DNA of 64,000 nt from Microthyrium microscopicum (lineage: Eukaryota): the NCBI GenBank assembly GCA_010405405.1, contig MU004238.1:445530-509529 (forward strand). Direction: 5' to 3'. Below the pieces are notes generated by a model. That model was not told where the DNA came from and did no database searches. It saw only the letters and a program-made list of their open reading frames with translations. Positions 12,401 through 23,700 of the stretch are shown here, in pieces; within the stretch, counting starts at the first letter, position 1; each line of letters opens with the position of its first letter. The translations under genes and the position numbers were made by a program.

Positions 12401-13326
12401 AAAGGGAGACTTACAGCTTTTCGACTGGCAGCGCCTGCGCGGACAGCCATTTCGCTGACCAGAGTCCCAAGTTCCATCAAACATGAACCCAGTGTATCGC
12501 CCTCGAATTTCAGACTCTGAAAACATTCCAGCCAGCCTTCTGTATTGAGCAACATCGTGTTGTATAGCCCCTTATCAGTAGTATTTGGCCAAGTCGCTCC
12601 AATTCTTGCCATGTATGCCGTCATATGCTGTATTCCCTCCAGTCCAGATCTGATATCAGCCAGCATATCCGTCGTCAGATTCGCTGTCCGCTTGATCAAC
12701 TCCTCAATCAAATCATTGCCAGTAAGAATCTCCAGCCTATATTTCCGATCTTCCAGCATGACGTCAAAAGTCGTCCTATCTTCCAGCGCAAACTTCAAGT
12801 GACTTATTCGACCTTCAATATCGGACAGCGCCATGCCCAGATCTTCGTCTGCCCGTCGTATGAATTCGTCAACTTCATCAATATGTCTCTGAAGAATACG
12901 AATGACCTCATCATTCGACTTTGCCATATGCGTATGCAATAAATGCACACCATACGCAATCTGCGCAATAATCTTCGTCAATGGGTGGAATTTCGACGTT
13001 GGATCCTCCTTCCACATGGCATTATATGTATCATTGTGTTCTTCGCCGCTCAGCAGCCGCTCCCGTCGTTCTTCCGCAGATAAATCGGAGAATTGGAGCG
13101 GTGGTTTGCCTGTCCGGATCTGTTCCGCTGAATCTGCAATAGATTCCTCGAATGCTCGCTGTAGCAGCGGAATGGGATGTGAATGGGCCGGTGCCGCAGG
13201 TTTTCGGGGTATAATGATTTCATCTTCAGAATCGGTGTCGTCGACGTCTTCGAAGAGGAGAGCTTCGTCGTCGCTGGAGTCGTGGAAGTCGACGGAGATG
13301 GCCTTGGCTTGGACTCGACGTGCCAT
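9475..13326 (-). CDS. Hypothetical protein with N-terminal helical/coiled-coil domain and long Ser/Pro-rich tail; probable in-frame 54-nt intron at 12361-12414
   Basis: 1283-aa ORF. Helical block HPLTKIIAQIAYGVHLLH...LQRHIDEVDEFIRRADEDLGMALSDIEGRISHLK. The stretch GTAAGT...TACTGAT...CCAG at 12414-12361 has intron signals and contains no stop. Confidence 0.85.
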   Translation of the reverse strand: MARRVQAKAISVDFHDSSDDEALLFEDVDDTDSEDEIIIPRKPAAPAHSHPIPLLQRAFEESIADSAEQIRTGKPPLQFSDLSAEERRERLLSGEEHNDTYNAMWKEDPTSKFHPLTKIIAQIAYGVHLLHTHMAKSNDEVIRILQRHIDEVDEFIRRADEDLGMALSDIEGRISHLKFALEDRTTFDVMLEDRKYRLEILTGNDLIEELIKRTANLTTDMLADIRSGLEGIQHMTAYMARIGATWPNTTDKGLYNTMLLNTEGWLECFQSLKFEGDTLGSCLMELGTLVSEMAVRAGAASRKAVSLPFVCSYNHHLLISYQALSNKATSPSNSDSPSHSDDTIRAAYPPRQSSNHTESKPLPQGPDDILRALQDNASTVPKTRPNPALAYAKSFSSQKSGRSEDGAWKRRTNISEKRATAITDKRASTATIASLFVGTADDAPAVPELPKGSKTKKSKIPKLPKLTRPRRISLGEKFSFTGRARAGSSARGAKPSDQPIEEDEVTITAEKLGFIGRARAGSSARNAKTAEKAIEEEKATAVTTRILPGRAKAESSARNAKTTERVIEEDVAHTSKIPQPTSNVRSMLDPLPASKSSPATSPTAVVALPSAPLSSPPPPPISSPTLASPVLASPTLSAASPISQASPTSPPTSIERSVPSPYQPSLNESTLGLQSPPAFSDSMSYTPKHSPAPSMVIRRKPVPGSIQAIPSPAPGNSPGHTPNPSGIQRRSEEMKGAVDARSQATADSSKSPVPDFSRSLVAEPSRSPIPGSSRLPATADSSHQSQTSKSSSSDPTVALPLSPPSTTSRPTSHSSQSSNAHPLDRPILVNHSRSDSPVISLERPRIIEVVRTSPIESADTDEESPVIKETDVLEDLSSSSESSSDAGSPFMHPFRSASPKASTPKASIETTRESILDGLGINLPTINEPVKTESHASPMELRSETPANIPLPRTETPSMISTRTSSPVPSTFKSDATGLLRESNTDSLSSNSLLVQSKNSSPHHSVTIRTEIPRLAHSPRAQSPQPQEIESVETPVRIGSERYSGRVLASSPAPSILNKALPALPPAMDDSDSDSDESFISAPRATSPKPDSMLSILSPTRSHPVGRDSLPFQFPSTAMREREGFSRPSTSSIRSPPPQSIDTNAAEKRAASPLGPSSAFSTTSGFPPSIRDLMDQARPSTSGSMKPPSRNKLALFPTSSPSLIDLRSRSAMALPLRERSMTEIGVGEEADSALPDPPAQPPRLVPRTRDGGKSTVAPKIGVGLKLKKLMGFGRRGQKPMNVS

Positions 13327-15193
13327 GCTGCGCGTCCAACTTGCGCGCGGGGGTCTGCAAGGGCCTCACGGCCAGGTCTTTAAAAGGGTCGCACAGAAAA
13401 GCGTCAAAGGTTTTTGTTGTAGATTTTGTGTAACAGGAGAGCACGATCTCAATTGATTGTATCTGGTATTTCTCAGCCAGGACGGTCTACTCGACGAGAC
13501 ACGCGAGAGTAGCTGTCGAGTAAGAGCAACTCTGCAAGGCCGCAATGCATCGAAAAGGCACGAAAAGAAAAGATCGAGGAACGACGGCACGAGAATAGAG
13601 AAGGCTCATCGGGGTATTTCTGGGGCGGTCGGGAGATTGGACAATTGGGGCAGAGACGGTTGATGGCAGGCAGGGAGGGAGGGATCAGGTACCACGGGCG
13701 TGACCCTGTCGAGATAGTTTACAGGGACAAGAAGCAAAAAGCGGCTCTTGAGACCACGATGATTAGAGTAAGTGGGAGTAAAGTAGTGTATTGTTCAGTA
13801 GCGGGTGGTAGTAGAGATTGAATGAAGAGATATTAACAGATACTAGAGATAGCGGTTCACTGCGTTCGCGTCTTCTGGCGTCTATGGTGACAGGAACAGC
13901 AGTTTGGATCGTTGGATTGGGCGCTAAGAAAGGAATAGAGGCACAGAGGCTGACGAGTTGGATGGATTGGTGATAATATTACTGGTATCTTACAAATTTG
14001 GAGTCCCAATCCAGGCGGTAGAAGAATTAGTCACATCCAAAAGGGGGATGAAGCTGGGAAAACAGCCGCGTGGAGGCGTGCGCTACAGTCGATAGTCCAG
14101 CTCGAAAAAGAATAGTAAGCCACAGTACTCCGTATGGTAGCGGATGGCGGATGCTCATGCATAATTATTCAACGGTTGACAAGTTGACATCCCTTTAGAA
14201 GCAATGAGGCATGGTTCAATCCATATTCAGGTCCGGCGCCAGGGGTTTACATACTACTAGTACTCGATACCTACAATCTCGTATATTTGGCCAATATCAA
14301 ATGGCAGCTTAGGTTTTAGCAGGTTAGCTCAATTGCTGTCATTATATGGTAGTCAACTGGTCGAGAGACATGTTGATGTGCAGAGCCGGGAGAGCCCTAG
14401 ACTTTTGCTATCAACTGTGTATGCTTTCGTGTCTTCCGGCCTTGGAAGTTGTCGTTGTAGGAACAGGGACAGCACCAGGCGATTTAAATTCAATCAATTT
14501 ACTGTAGTTTGCGTTCAAATGTTGTCGGTTCATGGCCATCACGCCACAATCTACCGTAAGATCGGGGGCCAATCTGCCTCGAGGACGCATTTTAGAACAA
14601 CTGAAATGTTTTATAGATGCAATGTTTCGAAACAGACAAGAGAACAAATTCAAATCAGACCGAGTCGTTGTGAAAAGGGGATTTTCAAGAGAACCAAGAG
14701 GACATGAAGTCGTAGAGTACTAAGGGAGTATCGCCATACTGTGTGACCCCTGTCCTGTCCTCCCGTAAAATTTTGGGGACAGAGAGGATTATCGTCGAGA
14801 GCTTTGAGCTTGAGATCACAACTTCAAGTAGTCGTCTCCAATGCAATCTTCATCCTTCCCAACTGGGGCATAGCGCGGGTGGGGTTATGTAACCGCCATT
14901 CTTAGCGTCCTTCTCATCTCTTCTTCTCTTCAGCCTTCATCCACAACATCCAGCACTCGTTCCTCAATCACCCTATCGCGTCCAGATTCCTGTCGTGTCA
15001 GCTGCGTTTATCGTCGCGTGTAACATAACTGTCCTGTTCCCATCCTCTTTTGCGCATCCGACAGTCGGTGACTGAACCACTCCGGTACTCCTCAAAACCT
15101 GCCACGCATTGCGACAAGTCGCGCATCCAATTGCTTTCGCAGCAGAAGCGTTCTAATCTGTATCTATCCCAATCTGTTCAGCGAACCAGCGTT

Positions 15194-16159
15194 ATGTCCG
15201 TGGAGCTTCCTGATTCGCCCTTTTCGCCAAGCATCGATTCTCCATATCATACACCAGCAGATACTCCTCACGCAGTGCCCAACAACACAGCAAACGCCAT
15301 GGACAGCTCCTCCGAAGGGACGGCGTCCACGCCAGACAAAGACGACTCTCCCGTTACCATCACTGCAAAAACACTTCAGAAAATGCTGTCTGACGTTGCC
15401 GACCTTCTCGCGAGCCGAGCTGGAGGGCCTATCGAAATATCCGGCGATCTAGCCTTTGCATTGCCCGGCGAAGGAACCTTCAATTTACAAATCACCTGCG
15501 ATGCGGATGAGGAAACTGGCGATACAGAGATAAGAGTTGCGCAGAGCACAGCGTCAAGCTCACGAAAGCGCTCGCATGGCCAAATGTCAACCGGAAATTC
15601 CAAAAGAATGCGAACAGATGGCGACATCGATATGGACGATGAAGACAACCAAGTTGCCATAATACCAACAAAAGGACCCAAATCGAAAATCCCCGACCCA
15701 CACGAAAAGCCGTTGAACACCATCATTCACAAAATCAACAATCTATCAGAACAAGTCCGCTGGCTAGAAGAGTGCAGACGCATTGCCGAAACGCACCACA
15801 CTAGCCGTGAAGAAGTATGGAGGACGTCGAGCGCCAGCTTCCACGATGAGAATCGACGCATGCGGGAGACACATGAACGCTGGGTGGTGGCGGAGATGGG
15901 TTGGCAGCGTAATATGTTGTCTAGCATTGCGGCTGTCTCTATACCACCCCCAAATGCCCCAAAACCACAGAATACTCCGAATCAACAAAGTCAACAGACT
16001 CCTCAAAACGCGCAACCACCACCGCGAGAGTATCCTTGGAGTAATCAAACTGCTAGAGTGGACATGACGCCGCAAGGCACGCTGGCGACTCAGCTGATAC
16101 AGGCTGCGAAATCCAATTCGAGTGCTGGAGCCAAGAGCTCGGCGAAGAAGAAGCGCTGA
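15194..16159 (+). CDS. Hypothetical protein, possibly nuclear, with a coiled-coil segment
   Basis: ORF from first in-frame ATG (MSVELPDSPFSP). Basic motifs SRKRSH and C-terminal AKKKR. Helical segment IHKINNLSEQVRWLEECRR...HERWVVAEMGWQRNML. Confidence 0.75.
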   Translation: MSVELPDSPFSPSIDSPYHTPADTPHAVPNNTANAMDSSSEGTASTPDKDDSPVTITAKTLQKMLSDVADLLASRAGGPIEISGDLAFALPGEGTFNLQITCDADEETGDTEIRVAQSTASSSRKRSHGQMSTGNSKRMRTDGDIDMDDEDNQVAIIPTKGPKSKIPDPHEKPLNTIIHKINNLSEQVRWLEECRRIAETHHTSREEVWRTSSASFHDENRRMRETHERWVVAEMGWQRNMLSSIAAVSIPPPNAPKPQNTPNQQSQQTPQNAQPPPREYPWSNQTARVDMTPQGTLATQLIQAAKSNSSAGAKSSAKKKR

Positions 16160-17181
16160 GCAGCAATTGATAGGTTCCCATAGCACCCTTCCTTGGAGCT
16201 ACTTTCTGTGCCATATGGAAAGATATTGATGGGTCATACGTGTAGGATAGCTCGAATCACTGAAACGTTTTGAAGGAACCAAGCTCATCTGCTACATGGA
16301 CCGAAAATGGAAATGGCGTAATTGTAGAATAGCTCGAAAGGCTGATGAATTTACGACGTGTTACTGGATCTCCGTCGAGGGAGCGATTAATAGCAGCACA
16401 ATGTTATCATTGACAATTGGAAGCCATCTCTCTCGTTCCTTGCCTGCGAAGATTCTCTAGATATCCACAAACGCGCGCTGACATTAGGCGCCAGATAGGT
16501 CTAGGGCTCCGCACTGAACCCCGCGCTAGTACTTAGTGCAGGCTAATCCCTGAAATTCATACCTTTAGATATCTTGTCATTATAACCGCCCCGTCAGCAT
16601 TGTGATCAAAATATGTGGTTGAGCGCAGAATTATCGTAAATGTGAAGTAGATAATAGCGTTCTACAATAAAGCGGTCGCTCCGAAACCATGCCAAGAAGT
16701 TGAGTTTGAATAATCTTTGGATAATACCAAGATACTGAACTCCGGTCAAGAATCAAGAAAGGAGCGAGTGCCTGCGCTGGCAAGTGGGACCGTCCTATAC
16801 TGCCTTGGAATTGGCGCTAGGGAAAATTCATGGCAACCAACGCTTTACTTTCTCCCTCCCTCAACTTTGTACACACACTCGACACCACCTTTTAAATCTT
16901 CCCACACGCTAGATCCTCTTCCAAGTCTTCCTCCCTCCTTACCGTAAACCAAACGCATGCTTGCACCAGTACTTGCGCTCACTATTGTACGCGGCTAGCT
17001 CTATATCCTGCGTCCACCGCGTCCTTCGTCTGTGCTGTAGCGATACGCGCCAATTTTATACACCACAACAACACCCGCCTCACCATACACCAACGCGATC
17101 ACACAATCTGCCTCTGATAAAACACCTCCTGGCCTCTGCCACTAGTCCTACTCACTTCGCCTGCTCGCTTCGCTCTGGATC

Positions 17182-20100
17182 ATGTCCGTACTACCACCAG
17201 AGGTGCATTCGGCCCTCAACGCAATTTTAGTCGGCCTTCAATCTCCCGATAATGTTATCCGTAGTCAGGCGGAGACGCGATTGGCGGATGATTGGCAGAC
17301 TCCACGGCCAGAGATACTTCTTATGGGGTTAGCGGAGCAGATGATGGGGTCTGATGATGTTGGAGTAGGTTTCTCTGGTGCTCACTCTTCGAAGGCTCGC
17401 TTGCTCCCTTAAACCAAGCGCCTCGTAAACTCGTCGCTAACGTGCTGCGCTTCTTAGACTCGCGCCTTTGCTGCTGTTATGTTCCGGCGTGCGGCAACTA
17501 AAGCTCGCAAGGACCCGCAAAGCGATCAATCCAAAGATACCTTTTGGGTTTTACCTGACCCCCAGAAAGTCGCCATTCGAGAAAAGCTATTAGAAGCCTT
17601 GGGCACTGACAATACGCCGAATGTTCGAAACAAGGTTGCGGACGCGGTAGCTGAAATCGCTCGACAATATACCGACGAAGGTTTGTCTGACACCTCTTCC
17701 AAATGTACATGATCTGATATCATGGGCTATTGTAGGAATTACATGGCAGGAGCTACTTCAGGCTCTATTCAACGCAAGCCAATCCGCAGAAGTCACCCAG
17801 CGCGAAATTGCTTTTAGAATATTCGCGTCCACTCCTCGAATAATAGAAACTCAACATGAGACTGTCGTCCAGGAAGCTTTCACAAAAGGATTCAAAGATC
17901 CAGAGACCTCAGTGAGTGACTGGAAGCTCCACCAGATTAATATGAGCTGATAATTCCAGGTCCGCCTAGCTGCTCTACAAGCTTTTGCCTCATTCTTCGG
18001 ATCGCTCGGTCGCAAGGCGCAAACGAAATACTACAATTTAGTGGCGGACATTCTCAATGTCCTGCCTCCTCTCAAGGAAGCGGGCGATTCGGAAGAGTTG
18101 ACAAAGGCTCTGACCGCTCTGATCGAATTAGCTGAATCGGCTCCCAAAATGTTCAAGGGATATTTCAACAGTCTAGTAAGCTTTTCGGTTACTGTTATTC
18201 AAGATAAAGAGCTTTCCGACATTTGTAGACAAAACGCCTTGGAGCTCATGGCAACATTTGCGGATAGCAATCCAAGCATGTGCCGAACTGATCCTAGCTA
18301 CACTAATGAGATGGTCACTCAATGTCTATCTCTCATGACTGACGTGGGTATCGACGATGATGATGCATCGGAGTGGGCATCTACTGAAGATGTAAGCCAT
18401 GCCCAAAACTTTTCAAAGTGGTGTCTAATAAATTATAGCTTGAAGTGGATGAGAGTGACGCCAACCATGTTGCCGGAGAACAAACTTTAGATCGTCTGGC
18501 TAACAGACTTGGTGGTAAAACACTGTTGACACCAACCTTCAATTGGCTACCGAGAATGATGACATCGTCTTCATGGCGCGATCGACATGCTGCTCTGATG
18601 GCAATTTCCGCAATATCAGAAGGCTGCAAAGAACTCATGCTTGGCGAACTGGATAAAGTTTTGGATCTTGTCACACCAGCTCTGAGAGATCCGCATCCTC
18701 GAGTTCGATGGGCTGGCTGCAATGCTCTTGGGCAAATGAGCACAGATTTCGCCGGAGCCATGCAAGAAAATTATCACCAAGTGGTTCTACCGAACATAAT
18801 CCCGGTACTGGACTCACCAGAACCTCGAGTTCAAGCCCATGCAGCTGCTGCTCTCGTCAACTTCTGCGAGGAAGCCGAAAAGACAATACTCGAACCATAT
18901 CTTGATTCTTTGCTCGAAAATCTTCTTCACCTTCTACGGAGTCCCAAGCGTTTCGTCCAGGAACAAGCCCTTTCTACAATTGCTACTGTCGCGGATTCGG
19001 CGGAAGAGGCGTTTGGCAAGTACTATGATACACTCATGCCATTGCTGTTCAACGTTTTGAACGAGGAACAAGCCAAGGAATACCGATTGCTTCGAGCCAA
19101 AGCTCTTGAATGCACAACTCTCATTGCTCTCGCTGTAGGTAAAGAGCGCATGGGAAATGATGCAGTCGCTTTGGTGCAGCTTCTTGGAACTATTCAGCAA
19201 AACATTGTCGACGACGATGATCCACAAGCCTCATATCTACTACACTGCTGGGGCCGAATGTGCCGCGTCCTGGAACAGGACTTTGTACCATATCTTCCTG
19301 CTGTGATTCCTCGGTTAACAGAGATGGCATCCGCCAAAGCAGATATTCAGCTCGTGGACGAGGAAAAAATTGCACAACTGCAAGAGGAAGATGGCTGGGA
19401 ACTTGTGCCTCTCAAAGGCAAAATGCTCGGAATCAAGACTAGCACTCTTGATGACAAGCATACTGCTATTGAGCTTATCATTGTTTACTCCCAGGTTCTG
19501 GAAGCGTCATTTTCACCATACGTTATTGACATCATGGACAAGATTGCACTTCCTGGTCTAGCATTTTACTTCCACGATCCAGTTAGAGTCGCATCCGCGC
19601 ACTGTGTTTCGGCTCTTCTGTCGTCTTTCAAAAAAGCTCATGGTGGAGAATCAACAGATCTTGGTCTTCTATGGGGCCGCGTTCTCGAGAAACTGCTAGA
19701 GTCTTTTGGGCAAGAGCCTGCAATGGATACACTCGCTGGCATGTATGAGTGTTTCTACGAATGCGCGCAGTGTATGGGTAAGAACTGTCTTACCGGCGAT
19801 CATATGCAAAAGTTTGTGCATGCGACGAACGGTGTGCTTAATGAGTACATTGGTCGAGTCGAGGCACGAACGCTTGAGGCCCGCGAGCGAGACGATGGAG
19901 ATGAGCCAGATGAAGATACCCAATTCGCCATCGAAGATGACCAAACACTATTGTCTGAGATGAACAAGGCTTTCCACGCCATATTTAAAAACATGTCCAG
20001 CGCATTTCTACCACATTGGGATCCTCTCCTCAACACCACCGTTCTTTTCGCGCAGTCAGACGACCCCACTCAGCGTCAATGGGCCATCTGTGTCTTTGAT

Positions 20101-20759
20101 GACATTATCGAGTTCTGTGGACCACAATCAGCCAACTATCAGCAACAGATCATGGAGCCTCTCGTCCTCGGAATCCGAGACGACTTTTCAAATAACCGTC
20201 AAGCTGCTGCTTATGGTATCGGCGTAGCTGCGAGCAAAGGCGGGCCAGCCTGGCATCCGTTCTTGACGCAGAGTCTGCCACTTCTCTTCCAATGCATACA
20301 ACGTCCTAATGCTCGAGATGAGGACGATGTCTACGCGACTGAGAACGCATGCGCAGCGATCGCAAAGATTCTTCATTTCGCTCCAAGCACTGTGCAGAAT
20401 CTACAGGATGTTACGACTGCTTGGATCGATACGTTACCAATCATCCACGATGAGGAGGCCGCGCCTTACGGATACTCTTTCCTTGCGCAACTGATTGAAC
20501 AGTAAGTACATCGATTCGTCACGTAAGTGCCATACTAATATGCCATAGACAAAACCCAGCCGTAATCTCTCAAGCAGCCAAGTGCTTCACCTACATCACT
20601 CAAGCACTAGTCGAGCAAACACTCACCGAAGGGGCCACTACCGAACGTATCATCGCCATGGCCAAGCAACTCATCGCAACTACTGGCGCCGATGCTGCAG
20701 GTATCTTGGCCTCGTTACCACCAGATGCGCAGGAATTGGTTCGTCAACGATTCGCCTAA
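17182..20759 (+). CDS. PSE1: Importin beta-3 / karyopherin Kap121 (Pse1/Sal3); exons 17182-17364, 17458-17680, 17736-17911, 17960-18391, 18439-20501, 20549-20759
   Basis: HEAT-repeat importin motifs WRDRHAALMAISAISEGC, DPHPRVRWAGCNALGQMSTDF, PRVQAHAAAALVNFCEE, ATENACAAIAKI. Five GT-AG introns join the fragments in frame. Confidence 0.95.
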
Positions 20760-23700
20760 TCACCACCATCACACAAAACGATCGAGAAGAGGCCAAAGAA
20801 CATTACTCGTAATTGGGCCTGCTATGAAGTCTACGTGCTATGCTAAATCTGAATTGTAGCGAAAACGGGGGTTAAAATCGCAACACATGCGGTTCTTTAT
20901 GCTTTGATTATCTTTGTTCTGTTGTTATCATGATGAAGGCCCCACCCATTAGAGTGCCTGTCTAGGCACCAAGAGCAATTGTCGTTGGCTTGCATGTTTT
21001 AGCTAGTAGATGAAATGAAACGAATACTGCACAATGGCGTATTTGAGTCCGGCGGTGCTTTTCTGTTTACTCGTGCTTTGTCGAACTTGCGTTGATGCCT
21101 GCCAAGGGGCTTAAGAGATTCCAAGGGGAAAGGTGGCAGTGCAAAGATGTTTGAGCTTTTGAGGACGCGTGGATTATACGTGATGGGAAGGGGATTGTCA
21201 CCGTACATTAGGTGTCGCTGGATGATTCCTCATTTGAGCAAGAACTTGTAGTTCATCAAATTGCTTTGTGGGTTTGAAGTTGGAGATATGGTTTATTCTT
21301 GGACAAGGCTGATTTCGTAGATGCCACGCAAGGCTGAATTTCTGAGATCGCCATGTGTGCAGACTTTAGTTTAACTCCTACTCGAAGGCGTATAGAAATA
21401 CCTATCTGGGCAATTAAATCGAGGGAGACCTAGTCAAGAGCTGCTGAATTCATCGTGTGTTCGCGAAAAGGTTATATTGGCATTCATGAGGCGCAGCTGC
21501 AATTTACAGTTGTGATTTGATGTTGGTCGTACTTCTGCTTGCGTACAAGATATAAGTTCTCTGTATGGTTAAGTACCCTCGGATATGGAGGTCTCTTTTA
21601 ACCGTTTCTAGCTTACATTTTCATTCTGTTCTCTGCGGAGTGCATATACTCGACCTATAACAGTGTTTGCATAAACGAGGGATTTCGTATCTTCATCTGC
21701 ACGTATGTTCCGAGGTTAATTACCTTATTTACTTATGCGTAAACTACAGTACCCAAAGTTCTGTTGATCACTGAGCTTTGCATTTCGAGGCACTGTTCAA
21801 TGTTCATATCGGGGCATGGAATGGAAAGTTGAAATATTTCTCCGAGTAGCGAAAAGTTGGCGATGAGATCGACACTGTTGTCGCACAATGGACCCTTTTT
21901 GGGCATTCAGTTCGCACAGTTTGATTCGCTTTTTGCACCGCCTCAGGCAACCGCGTGGTGAGACTATTATACTTGGGTATTTTGCGGTATACCGTACAGA
22001 TCAATCAATGGTAGGTTTTTTCTAGTCAACGCCTTGTAGAAAAGGTACTTTCCCCTGAGTTCTTTTTTTAGTTACAGCTTCTTGTTGAGGTCTCAGTGTG
22101 GTTAGTGGTATACGAGGAATCCGAACACCAAGCATTTCAGCTAGCGGCATCTCCAGTCCCTTTAGGCTTTTACTGGACAATCTGACATTTCATGATGGCT
22201 CATAATGAGTCTGGACACAATGGCTGAGTTGTTGAATTAGTGAGGTTCTTGATCTGTACGAAGTATGGTAGACTATTTGAAAGGATTAGTGAAAGTGAAA
22301 GGTAGTTTGTAAACAATTGGAATCATTGCATAATTCGCCCATTGGCATATTCGGGTAGAGGAAGTATCCGTTCCGTTCTCAACCTTTAAAAACGCCCAGA
22401 AAGGATGATATCCGCCCAGCATTATGGCGCGCGACAAGGACCTTAAGACCCTGAACGGTCTTTTTTGTCAGCGGACATAAGGTTTCTGTGCTTGCCAGAG
22501 GCTGCAGAGGAGGTTTTGCCCCAATGGGGCATCCCTTTGCTACGGCGCCGAGGGAAATGGCATGGCATATGGGAGTATGTAATCAACGCGTCTTGTGCCT
22601 CGTGCGAGACTTTTGCGCCCTTTTCATTGACTTCGGTGAGTCGTGCTACAGTTGGCTTTTCTGGAATAGTTGCTTTCAAAGACATTGAGTCATCTGCTTC
22701 CAGTGCAGCATTGCAGATGAGGGTAGCCGTTGGGATGTTGACGTTAGTGCTGGGGATGCAGGGAAGCGATTAACGTTATGCTGGTCCGCAATCCGCATTA
22801 AATCGCAGCTGTATGAACTGTCCGATGCGAATATCGCACGATACCAGATATCATCAAGGTACCAGTAGTGGCAGTTGAGTTACCACTACCAGTTCGTTGC
22901 CCATTGGCGTCAGCACCATCGACGTGGTCTTGGTAATACGAACTGCTCTAGACCGTTCGCTAACCTCGAAATATTACAGTTTTTAGGCAGCGATTTTCTG
23001 AAAATGGTAAGTAGTAAGGGGTTAAACCATGTTCGGAGATACCCCGAAGCTTTTGACAGGTTCAATGAGGCATGAAAGCGAACCGTTCGTTTGTTAATTT
23101 GACCGTCGGGCCAACCTTCATCCTGGAGGCTGGGATATCTCAAAGCTTGGATTTGGATTCATCCAGGAACAGACAATTGAAAGTTAAATTGGTATGTGTA
23201 AGGTATTAGGCAACAGCAAATTGAATGCTTAGAACGAGCTCTCTTTTTGGCCCTTATTCCTATTTAGTGATACGGCGTATCTCGTTCATGGCTTCGGATT
23301 CCGCGATGTGGTGGACAGCTTGAGTAGGTCCAACCTTATTCCAAGCCTTCCCCACGCTTGCAGCTTGCTGCAGGATGCTCAATGCTGATTTCAAGACTAC
23401 TCTAATTCGCATTTGGTCAAACTCAGCGCTCTGTGGCTCATCATTCGCTGATTCGGAGTTTCTTCCGTCAGTATTGGGAGTTTAAGACAGTCTTGACAGC
23501 CAATGGCCTAGCATAAGCAGGATTTTGTGCCAAATGACAATGACAAAACGTAGCTCTCCTGTTAATTAATCATGTATCTCTCTCACTGATCAGATTTCAG
23601 GTCGAATGATTGGTGGTTTCGGTGAGCCATACCTGCTTGGTACAAGCCATATGCAAGAGAAACCTGGCAATAATCTTCTGGAAGGCCAACGCACTGCATA

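Noticed and set aside
4075..13456. Numerous antisense ORFs of 100-184 aa
   Set aside because: Shadow ORFs of the long Ser/Pro-rich coding frames on the opposite strand.
14745..14790. Short inverted repeat CTGTCC...GGACAG as a MITE or terminator
   Set aside because: The stem is short and imperfect, with no target-site duplication and no second copy in the window.
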